This document shows positions 1 through 7,805 of a DNA stretch of 64,000 nt, piece by piece. The translations under genes and the position numbers were made by a program. The stretch's first letter is position 1, and the number at the start of each line of letters is the position of its first letter. The notes below the pieces were generated by a model. The model was not told the origin of the DNA and searched no databases. It saw nothing but the letters and a program-made list of their open reading frames with translations. Source of the stretch: Methanobacteriota archaeon (GTDB lineage: Archaea > Thermoplasmatota > Thermoplasmata > SG8-5 > JAGLSY01); assembly GCA_020696385.1 (NCBI GenBank), contig JAEHCQ010000006.1, forward strand, positions 32,001-96,000, read 5' to 3'.

Positions 1-276
1 TAAGCATCATTTAATGTGCATTGTTTATATTTTATTGCTGTATTTGTGTAATATAGTTTTATATTTATCTTCTTACATTATACATCTGTGGAAATAAGAT
101 GAAATACAATTTGGTAATGGCGCTGTTGATCCTTGGTATTATGTCAATCTGGCTATTTAGGTTGATTCCTGTTGTATACATGTTTATCAAATTAATGCGA
201 TTTGCCATGTTATCATTAGGTAATTGGTATAGGGGTGATCGAATCCAACAAATGGGAAGTCTGGCTCTTGTATGAT

Positions 277-1326
277 TTATTTTTTCATAGTGTCCAGTTC
301 TGCTATTTTCTCCTTCAGAACACCAAACGATACCTTTTTTCTATCAATAGAAACTGTCATGTTCTCTGATAAGTATATTTTCTTCATTACTCCGAAGCAC
401 TCGTCCTTGAATTTCGCATGCAGGATCTCCTCCCAGTTGAAGTGCTCCTCCACATTGGGGAAGACCCCGAAATACAATAGATTGTACTTGCCCACATGAC
501 CTCTGTAAGCGATCGGAACGCATGGGTCATCTCGAATATACTGGATGATCTGTTCCTTGCATTTGTCTATCCTGATGAAGCTCACAACAAATACATGGCC
601 TGGTGGTATGCAGAATTGAGGGAATCTGCAAACTGGCTGTGTGATCAGTCCGGCCTGTGTCAGGGCTTCTATTCTTTTCTCAATTGTCTTTCTGTGTGTG
701 TCCAGTTCCTTCGACAGTAGATGTTCATTGGTCTTGATGCCCTCTCCTGCCAGCAATTTTTTCAAGATATTGAATCCCAGTTCATTCAATTTGTAGCCAT
801 TGAGTATCAACTCGCCATCCTTATCGAACCTCTTATCCATGCATGCTATACTGGAATTTGGATCATATTTGAATAGGAGTTCATTATTGACAAAGACCAC
901 GTCAGCAGGGAATCGGTTCTCTAATGGGGGGAGCTTATCGTCCTCCACTATCTTCTCCTTCCAGTAGAAGTATGAGGACATGCTCTTGTGGAATTCGAAG
1001 AGCAGTGTGTTATAGCCATCATCCCATGATTTGAAGGAGGCGAATATTGTATCATCCTCGGCCAAGAACTTGTCGATCCTGGCTTGCCTTGGAAGATCAG
1101 CCCTTACAATGGAGAAAAGAGGTCGCTCCTTGAAAAGTCCAGTGAAGGGATAGTATGGGGCTGTCAATATTCCATTCTCGAAAAGTGCGGTCACCTGTGA
1201 CTTAATTGTATTTCTGTGGCGATCGAGGCTTTTGGCCAGAGCACTAACATTGATGCTCACTCCAACACCATCACATATTTTTTCGAGTATCGCGAGAGAA
1301 AGTTCGTCTTCTAGCATATCGGCCAT
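277..1326 (-). CDS. Transcriptional regulator with two tandem Lrp/AsnC-like HTH + effector modules (paralogue A)
   Basis: Two HTH-like segments (ALAKSLDRHRNTIKSQV; LLSKELDTHRKTIEKRIEAL), each followed by an AsnC/RAM-like beta-alpha region. Aligns end to end with 9599..10648. Divergent from hydrogenase operon 1. Confidence 0.7.
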   Translation of the reverse strand: MADMLEDELSLAILEKICDGVGVSINVSALAKSLDRHRNTIKSQVTALFENGILTAPYYPFTGLFKERPLFSIVRADLPRQARIDKFLAEDDTIFASFKSWDDGYNTLLFEFHKSMSSYFYWKEKIVEDDKLPPLENRFPADVVFVNNELLFKYDPNSSIACMDKRFDKDGELILNGYKLNELGFNILKKLLAGEGIKTNEHLLSKELDTHRKTIEKRIEALTQAGLITQPVCRFPQFCIPPGHVFVVSFIRIDKCKEQIIQYIRDDPCVPIAYRGHVGKYNLLYFGVFPNVEEHFNWEEILHAKFKDECFGVMKKIYLSENMTVSIDRKKVSFGVLKEKIAELDTMKK

Positions 1327-1544
1327 GCGATGTACAATATTTTATCATTATTAATATCTTTTGTATGGGCTAATATCAAATCTGCACTGCATACATGTAC
1401 AATTTTATATATCATTGTTACTATTGTTGGATGGTAAATATGGCAATAATGGCAAATTCAATATGTTGCCAGTAGCAATCTTAACAATCTTAATGTTATT
1501 TTTTATGAGGGGTGAATATATACTAATATTTCCTTCATGAATGT

Positions 1545-3326
1545 ATGACTATGGTAGTTTCAGATATAGAAAGTGTCAAAAATGCCCAAAGTATGTCTAA
1601 GTATAAGGTCGGTATTTTTGATTTTGCAAGCTGTGAAGGATGTGAACTGCAGATAGCCAATCTTGAGGAGGATATCCTCGAGCTTTTGGATACGGTGGAG
1701 GTAGTATCATTTCGTGAGGTCATGAAGGAGCATTCCGATGACTACGATATTGCTTTCATTGAGGGTTCGATAAACAGGCCAGTTGATGAGAAAAGGCTGA
1801 AGGAGATCCGGGCAAATGCCAAGATCCTCATCGCCCTTGGTGATTGTGCCACAACTGGTTGTGTTAATAAACTGAGGAACCAATGGCCAGATGCGGAAAA
1901 TCTCAAAGAGGTCTATGCGGATGCAGACATTGCGAATAATGAGTATTTCGATGTCTTCCCGACAAAGAAGCTCAATGAGGTCGTGGATGTTGATTTCTAT
2001 ATCCGTGGATGTCCAGTCAGGAAAGAACAGGTCCTGTACTACATAAGGCGTCTTACCACGATGGCTCCAAGGAAGAACCTGGATCTCCGATTCGGTGTCA
2101 CCGCCAGGGAGCTTGAATCAGATACAAGGTCCATCATCCAGTACGATCCTCAGAAGTGCATACTGTGCAGGCATTGCGATGTTGTTTGCAATGATATCCT
2201 GGACATACACGCTATTGGATTGACCAATAAGGGAAATGAGTCCATCATATCCACGCCTTTCAATAAGGGTCTGGATGATAACAAATGTATCTCATGCGGA
2301 CAGTGTTTGGTCAACTGCCCGGTTGGTGCATTCTCCGAGCATTCCGATGTGGAGAAGGCTATAGGATTGCTTGACGATCCAAACAATTTCGTTGTGTTCG
2401 TTATAGATCTAACAGCTGCTGCAACAGCCATGGAAGTCCTGCCAACAGACAGAGAGGACTTTGGCGAGGCTTTGGGAAGTCTCATAGCGTCATTGAAATC
2501 ACTGGGAGCTGACAGAGTTGTGGATTTCACACATTTCAATTATCTTTCACTGGCAGCACAGGGAACTTATGTTAGCGAGAATGACGACATGATTTTCACA
2601 TCATGGTGTCCAAGTGCCAATTCGTACATCCGAAAATTCCATCCTGAGTTCAAAAAGAATCTGCAGAAGGTGTCATCACCCGAGCAGATTATGTTGGATG
2701 TCCTGGGTGAGAGATATACAAAGGGAGAGAAGGATCTGAAGATAATCCTTCTGTCACCATGTATCGTCCACAAGGGTAATTCAAAGATCGATGCGGTCTT
2801 GACTGCCAGGGAACTTCCAAGACTTCTCAAGCAGAAGGGCGTGGACATTGACTTCTATGAGCCTTCGGAAGGTGTGTTCGATTGCGAACTTGGCTTGTCC
2901 AGTGTCTTTGTCAAGGGTGCCAGTAGCGACTATGCTTACTCATTGGCAATAATACAGACGGCTTACATGAGAAAGTTCAATAATCTCGATGCCCGGCTGG
3001 CTGTGACCACTCTTGAGGATTATGTTCATGAAATGGCCTTCGACAGTGAAGAAGGCTTCTTCAATGCTCTCATAATCGAGGATCTGGCGAAGGCGAGTAA
3101 GTATCTGACAAAGGACATTGCCAAGAGATACAATGTGGTGGAACTGTACCCATGTTTCCACGGTTGTCTAACAGGTGGCGGAACCGTACCAACTACTTCG
3201 ATAGATGTTATTGACCAGCGTAGGGACCATCTGAAGAATTTCAAGGGCGAGTCCAAGGGGCCTGTCTGGTTCTCAAAGCAGATAATAGAGGCTTATGACA
3301 AGCAGATAAAAGGAGGTGATGAGTAA
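1545..3326 (+). CDS. Chimeric hydrogenase subunit: group 3b [NiFe] small-subunit N-domain + 2x[4Fe-4S] + degenerate [FeFe] H-cluster domain
   Basis: DFASCEGC / GDC / GCP proximal-cluster motifs (C30, C33, C101, C156); CILCRHCDVVC and CISCGQCLVNCP ferredoxin motifs; H-domain L1/L2/L3-like FTSWCP, LSPCIVHK, ELYPCFHGCLTGGG. The true start may be ATG 1593 (MSKYKVG), which matches the start of the paralogue at 13590. Confidence 0.85.
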   Translation: MTMVVSDIESVKNAQSMSKYKVGIFDFASCEGCELQIANLEEDILELLDTVEVVSFREVMKEHSDDYDIAFIEGSINRPVDEKRLKEIRANAKILIALGDCATTGCVNKLRNQWPDAENLKEVYADADIANNEYFDVFPTKKLNEVVDVDFYIRGCPVRKEQVLYYIRRLTTMAPRKNLDLRFGVTARELESDTRSIIQYDPQKCILCRHCDVVCNDILDIHAIGLTNKGNESIISTPFNKGLDDNKCISCGQCLVNCPVGAFSEHSDVEKAIGLLDDPNNFVVFVIDLTAAATAMEVLPTDREDFGEALGSLIASLKSLGADRVVDFTHFNYLSLAAQGTYVSENDDMIFTSWCPSANSYIRKFHPEFKKNLQKVSSPEQIMLDVLGERYTKGEKDLKIILLSPCIVHKGNSKIDAVLTARELPRLLKQKGVDIDFYEPSEGVFDCELGLSSVFVKGASSDYAYSLAIIQTAYMRKFNNLDARLAVTTLEDYVHEMAFDSEEGFFNALIIEDLAKASKYLTKDIAKRYNVVELYPCFHGCLTGGGTVPTTSIDVIDQRRDHLKNFKGESKGPVWFSKQIIEAYDKQIKGGDE

Positions 3327-3805
3327 TGGAAGCTAAAGATAAATTCATTATAGATACTATACTACATACCTATTCAAATATAGATGACCCTCAACTTGTG
3401 ATATTGCAGAATATTCAGGAAATTCTCGGATATGTCGGAGAGGAATATCTCACATATGTTTCCGAGAACAGTGAATATTCACTTACCGAACTTTATGGTG
3501 TTGTATCCTTCTATCCTCAATTTAGATTTGACCCACCTGGAAAACACACCATCAAGGTCTGCAGTGGTACAGCATGCCATGTTAGAGGTGGCTCTGGCAT
3601 CGCACAGGAATTGGAAGATATTCTGGAGATCAAACCTGGCGGAACCACAAAAGATGGATTGTTCTCACTAGAGTCCGTCAGATGTCTGGGATGCTGTGGT
3701 CTTTCACCTGTCATCATGATCGATGAAGAGACATATGGCCGTGTGAAGAAAGGTGGCCTTCAAAAGATACTTGAATCTTACAAAACCGAGGAGGTTGCTG
3801 AATGA
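3326..3805 (+). CDS. hydC: HydC/NuoE-like [2Fe-2S] subunit
   Basis: GVVSFYPQF, VCSGTACHVRG and VRCLGCCGLSPV thioredoxin-like [2Fe-2S] motifs; start overlaps the upstream stop (TAATG); RBS GGAGGTGA. Confidence 0.9.
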   Translation: MEAKDKFIIDTILHTYSNIDDPQLVILQNIQEILGYVGEEYLTYVSENSEYSLTELYGVVSFYPQFRFDPPGKHTIKVCSGTACHVRGGSGIAQELEDILEIKPGGTTKDGLFSLESVRCLGCCGLSPVIMIDEETYGRVKKGGLQKILESYKTEEVAE

Positions 3806-3861
3806 GAGAGCATAGCGATTTCATTCTGGAGCCCGTAACGCAGAGGAGGGGTCTACAATGA
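3802..3861 (+). CDS. Intercistronic mini-ORF 1 (MREHSDFILEPVTQRRGLQ, 19 aa)
   Basis: ATGA overlap with the hydC stop and with the hydB start; GGAGGT at 3790-3795; homologous to the mini-ORFs at 7010 and 7748. Confidence 0.5.
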   Translation: MREHSDFILEPVTQRRGLQ

Positions 3862-6800
3862 AAATAAGCAAGATCGTCCACCTTAGGGACATGGCCCAGA
3901 GGGGTAAGGAATCCATGGATAATGGAACACCCCAGGTGATATTTGGATTGGCCACCTGTGGAATAGCAGCTGGCGGAATGCCGCTCAAGGAATATGCAGA
4001 GCTGTATCTGGATGAGAACGATGTTCATGCGGACATCGTTTCCGTGGGTTGCATCGGTATGTGCCATGCGGAACCATTGGTCGATATCAAATTACCCGGA
4101 AAGCCACGTGTTACCTATTCGGACATGGACATTGAAAAGCTGAAGAAGATACTGGATGAGCACCTTGTTGGGGAGGAGCCCGTCAAGGACCTTGCAATGT
4201 GCCAGCTTACAGATGAGATATCCGAGTGCGAGCATGGTGTCATTGCCGAGACCGATATCTATGATGGCATTCCAAGATATCAGGATCTACCTTTCTTTGC
4301 CAAGCAGATAAGGGTGGCCTTGAGGAACTGTGGAATTGTGGTTCCTGAGGATATCGAGGAATACATCGCCAGGGGCGGCTACCGAGCTGCTTACAGATCA
4401 CTGTTCGAACTAACGCCAGAGGAAATAATTGGCGAGGTCAAGACATCTGGAATACGCGGAAGAGGTGGAGCTGGTTTCCCAACTGGTTTGAAATGGGAGT
4501 TCTGTCACAAAGCACCAGGTGACGTGAAATACGTTATCTGTAATGCAGATGAAGGAGATCCAGGAGCTTACATGGATCGTGCAGTTTTAGAAGGTGATCC
4601 GCACAGTGTTATCGAAGGTATGATAATCGGTGGATACGCAATGGGAGCCTCGGATGGTTATATCTACATCCGTGCTGAATACCCGCTGGCCATCGAGAAA
4701 CTGAAGAAAGCTATTGCTTCTGCAGAAGAACATGGCATACTTGGTGACCGTGTCTTTGGAATGGATTACAGCTTCAGGATACACATTCGTGAGGGAGCTG
4801 GTGTTTTCGTTTGTGGTGAAGAAACTGCGCTCATAAACTCCATCGAAGGTAAGAGAGGCGAACCGAGGCCAAGACCGCCATTCCCGGCTGTCAGCGGTCT
4901 TTGGGGCAAACCTACAAATATCAACAATGTCGAGACCTGGGCCAATATCGCCATGATACTTCAGAAGGGCGGAAAATGGTTCTCCACCATGGGAACAGAG
5001 AAGAGCACTGGGACTAAAGTATTCTCTTTGGTAGGGAAAGTGAACCGCGCAGGTCTTATTGAAGTTCCAATGGGAATTCCGATGAAGGACATCATCTATG
5101 AGATCGGCGGCGGTATCATGGACGGCCGCAAGTTCAAGGCCGTTCAGACAGGCGGCCCCTCTGGTGGTTGTATTCCGGAGGAACATCTGGATATTCCCGT
5201 GGATTATGATAATCTGAAAACACTGGGTTCCATTGTTGGATCTGGTGGAATGGTGGTTCTCGATGAGGACACCTGCATGGTGGATGTTGCAAGATACTTC
5301 CTCACTTTCACAGCCGAGGAATCATGTGGGAAATGTACTCCATGCAGGATCGGAACAAGAAGATTGCTGGAGATACTTGAGAAGATATGTCACGGAGAAG
5401 GTGTGATGGAGGATCTCGAGGTACTTACGAGCCTTTCCGAGCAAGTGAGTGCAAGTGCGCTCTGTGCCCTTGGAGGAACAGCACCCAATCCGATCATCAC
5501 CACCATGAAGTACTTCATGAACGAGTATGTGGATCACATTGAGAACAAAATATGTGATGCATCTGTTTGCGCAGCCATGTTCAAGTCGCCATGTCAGAAC
5601 ACATGCCCGGCAGGAACCAATGTGCCTGGTTACATCCAGCTGATAACAGAAGGCAGGTATGCAGAAGCATATGATGTCAACAGGGAGGCAAACCCCTTCC
5701 CATCCATTTGTGGAAGGGTCTGTGAGCATCCTTGTGAAGGTAGATGCCAGCGTGCGCAATTGGACGAACCAATCGCCATTCGTGAGCTCAAGAGATATGC
5801 TTCTGATGAGGCATTCAAGGCAGGCGTTGGAAAAATATCCACACTTGATGATGTGGATAAGACCATCGCCATTGTGGGTGGAGGACCATCCGGTCTTTCA
5901 GCAGCCTATTTCCTGAGAAGGATGGGGTACAAGCCAACTATCTATGAAGCCGAAGAGAAGATGGGTGGCTGGGTACGATACGGAATTCCAAAGTACAGAC
6001 TGCCACATGAGATAATCGACAAGGAGATCCAGGATATCATCGATCTGGGTGTTGTGGCCAAGACAAATACCAGTGTGGGCAAGGACGTGACAATGGAAAC
6101 ACTGCTCAATGATAATGATGCGGTATACCTGGCCATCGGAGCCCAGAAGGACACGAAACTGGGACTGGAAGGTGAAGATCTTCCAGGCGTGCTTCCAGGA
6201 CTTCAGCTGCTCAAGGAAATGAACAGCGGCAAGTCTGTAGATCTGGGTCAGAGCATTCTCGTGATAGGTGGAGGAAATGTGGCTATCGATGTCGCAAGGA
6301 CCGCTGTCAGGATGGGAACCAAGGTCACCATATGCTACAGACGAGAAGAGGATGACATGCCAGCTTACGATGAGGAGATCGAACACTGCAGAGAGGAAGG
6401 CGTGGAATATCACTTCCTGGTCGCACCCGAGAAGCTCATTGTGGAAGGCGGAAAGGTCGTTGGAGCAGTCTTCAGAAAGAATGTCATGGGCGACTTCACC
6501 AAGTGGGGCCGCAGATCACCTGTCGCTACCGATGAGACTGTCGAGATAAGGGCTGACCGTGTGGTCAATGCCATTGGACAACAATTGGATACTGACTTTG
6601 CTGGTGGAATGAATATCGTGGGTGATTCAAGGTGGATACCCGTAGAAGGAACAGGAAGCTCAGCTTGGTTCCCGAAGATATTCGCTGGTGGAGACGCAGT
6701 AACTGGACCTGCAAGTGTGATAGATGTGGTGGCTGATGGTAAGAGAGCGGCCAAGAACATTGATCTGTTCTTGGGTGGCAATGACCGACTGGCCGAGTTG

Positions 6801-7013
6801 GAAAAGATGAACAATACCAACTATTCCAATGTCGAGCCAGACAATGCCGAGCCAATGCAGAGACAGGGCGTTAAGGAACTCAATGCTGATGATAGGACAT
6901 GCGGCTTCGAGGAAGTTGTCATGTGTATGGATTCAGAATGTGCAAAGAAAGAGGCATCCAGGTGTTTGAGGTGTGATCTCAGTGCGGACACAGATGGAGG
7001 TGATGTTGAATGA
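3858..7013 (+). CDS. hydB: HydB/NuoF-like FMN/NADH subunit fused to a GltD/NfnB-like FAD/NADPH module
   Basis: N-terminal thioredoxin-like [2Fe-2S] (TCGIAAG, GCIGMC); GRGGAGFPTG, NADEGDPGAYMDR, CGEETAL, SCGKCTPCR; then PCQNTCPAG, CGRVCEHPCE, GGGPSGLSAA, GGGNVAIDVAR, CYRR, FAGGD, EASRCLRCD. Confidence 0.9.
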   Translation: MKISKIVHLRDMAQRGKESMDNGTPQVIFGLATCGIAAGGMPLKEYAELYLDENDVHADIVSVGCIGMCHAEPLVDIKLPGKPRVTYSDMDIEKLKKILDEHLVGEEPVKDLAMCQLTDEISECEHGVIAETDIYDGIPRYQDLPFFAKQIRVALRNCGIVVPEDIEEYIARGGYRAAYRSLFELTPEEIIGEVKTSGIRGRGGAGFPTGLKWEFCHKAPGDVKYVICNADEGDPGAYMDRAVLEGDPHSVIEGMIIGGYAMGASDGYIYIRAEYPLAIEKLKKAIASAEEHGILGDRVFGMDYSFRIHIREGAGVFVCGEETALINSIEGKRGEPRPRPPFPAVSGLWGKPTNINNVETWANIAMILQKGGKWFSTMGTEKSTGTKVFSLVGKVNRAGLIEVPMGIPMKDIIYEIGGGIMDGRKFKAVQTGGPSGGCIPEEHLDIPVDYDNLKTLGSIVGSGGMVVLDEDTCMVDVARYFLTFTAEESCGKCTPCRIGTRRLLEILEKICHGEGVMEDLEVLTSLSEQVSASALCALGGTAPNPIITTMKYFMNEYVDHIENKICDASVCAAMFKSPCQNTCPAGTNVPGYIQLITEGRYAEAYDVNREANPFPSICGRVCEHPCEGRCQRAQLDEPIAIRELKRYASDEAFKAGVGKISTLDDVDKTIAIVGGGPSGLSAAYFLRRMGYKPTIYEAEEKMGGWVRYGIPKYRLPHEIIDKEIQDIIDLGVVAKTNTSVGKDVTMETLLNDNDAVYLAIGAQKDTKLGLEGEDLPGVLPGLQLLKEMNSGKSVDLGQSILVIGGGNVAIDVARTAVRMGTKVTICYRREEDDMPAYDEEIEHCREEGVEYHFLVAPEKLIVEGGKVVGAVFRKNVMGDFTKWGRRSPVATDETVEIRADRVVNAIGQQLDTDFAGGMNIVGDSRWIPVEGTGSSAWFPKIFAGGDAVTGPASVIDVVADGKRAAKNIDLFLGGNDRLAELEKMNNTNYSNVEPDNAEPMQRQGVKELNADDRTCGFEEVVMCMDSECAKKEASRCLRCDLSADTDGGDVE

Positions 7014-7066
7014 GCGACTATAAGGAGCACATTCAAAAGCCCGTAATGATAATGGAGGGATTCTGA
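7010..7066 (+). CDS. Intercistronic mini-ORF 2 (MSDYKEHIQKPVMIMEGF, 18 aa)
   Basis: ATGA overlap with the hydB stop; perfect GGAGGTGA at 6996-7003; its stop abuts the next ATG (TGA-ATG). Confidence 0.5.
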   Translation: MSDYKEHIQKPVMIMEGF

Positions 7067-7747
7067 ATGGCAACGACTTCATTCAAAATAAACATAGTGA
7101 TTGATGGAAAGGACTATGCTGGAGAGCCGAACCAGACAGTACTGGATGTAGCAAGGGCGAACTCGGTTGATATACCAACCCTTTGCTTCAATCCACTGTT
7201 CCCCGACCACAGGATCGGGTCTTGCAGACTGTGTCTGGTCGAGGTGAAAGCAGGGGGCAGACCCGGTCTGCAACCAAGTTGTACGATGCCAGTTTCTTCT
7301 GGATTATCTGTATCCACTATCAGCGATGCGGTGTATCAGGCAAGGAGGACTGTTGTAGAACTTCTGCTATCCGAGCATGTTCAGAAATGTCGCGATTGTC
7401 CAGTCAGTGGCGAGTGTAACTTTGCCAAGCTGTGCAGGGATTATGATATTAATGGAGTACCCGTATGTGCCGAATGCCCGAATCAGGGAGAAGGCTGTCT
7501 TTTGACAAGAGGAGAGCTTTGCCTGGGACCATTGACATATGCCAACTGTAATGCTTTCTGCACCCGAAAAGGGTACAGGTGCGAGGGTTGTCATTCGATA
7601 ATGGCCAATGAGGATATTCTCAGGTTCGGATTGAAGGCATACAAGGATGCTGGCTTCACAAAAGAAGAGATACTTGTAGCGGCCAAGGTCTTCTCCTATG
7701 ATTCGATGGAGATGCTTGAGCGTGTGATGACCGAGGAGGGGTTTTGA
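7067..7747 (+). CDS. Chimeric Fe-S subunit: HydA/NuoG N-terminal [2Fe-2S] + His(Cys)3 domain fused to the C-terminal 8-Cys domain of a group 3b [NiFe] small subunit
   Basis: IPTLC..GSCRLC..PSC and EHVQKCRDCPVSGEC, then Cx2Cx6Cx7Cx8Cx3Cx6Cx2C with spacing identical to the C-terminus of the small subunit at 13590..14366. Confidence 0.85.
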   Translation: MATTSFKINIVIDGKDYAGEPNQTVLDVARANSVDIPTLCFNPLFPDHRIGSCRLCLVEVKAGGRPGLQPSCTMPVSSGLSVSTISDAVYQARRTVVELLLSEHVQKCRDCPVSGECNFAKLCRDYDINGVPVCAECPNQGEGCLLTRGELCLGPLTYANCNAFCTRKGYRCEGCHSIMANEDILRFGLKAYKDAGFTKEEILVAAKVFSYDSMEMLERVMTEEGF

Positions 7748-7804
7748 ATGCGAGAACAAAGTGATTGTATTCAAGAACCCGGAATGCCAAAGGAGGGATT
7801 CTAA
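7748..7804 (+). CDS. Intercistronic mini-ORF 3 (MREQSDCIQEPGMPKEGF, 18 aa)
   Basis: ATG immediately follows the upstream TGA; GGAGG at 7735-7739; its stop lies 1 nt before the large-subunit ATG (7806). Confidence 0.5.
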   Translation: MREQSDCIQEPGMPKEGF

Positions 7805-7805
7805 G

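Noticed and set aside
99-275. 58-codon hydrophobic ORF (MKYNLVMALLILG...)
   Set aside because: No RBS or recognisable motif; hydrophobic ORFs arise easily in T-rich DNA.
1545-3326. Calling this an active [FeFe]-hydrogenase
   Set aside because: The proton-transfer Cys and the conserved Met/Lys/Met pocket residues are replaced, and no hydEFG is visible.
3802-3822. Mini-ORF start MREHSD resembles MKEHSD inside both small subunits
   Set aside because: Only six residues match and the similarity does not extend to the conserved I/P positions; treated as probable coincidence.
3802-7804. Spacer repeats as a CRISPR or REP array
   Set aside because: The copies are kilobases apart, diverged, non-palindromic and in register with translation signals.
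7761-7805. Upstream GTG start of large subunit 1 given in the ORF track
   Set aside because: The paralogue and the RBS indicate ATG 7806; the interval is better explained by mini-ORF 3.
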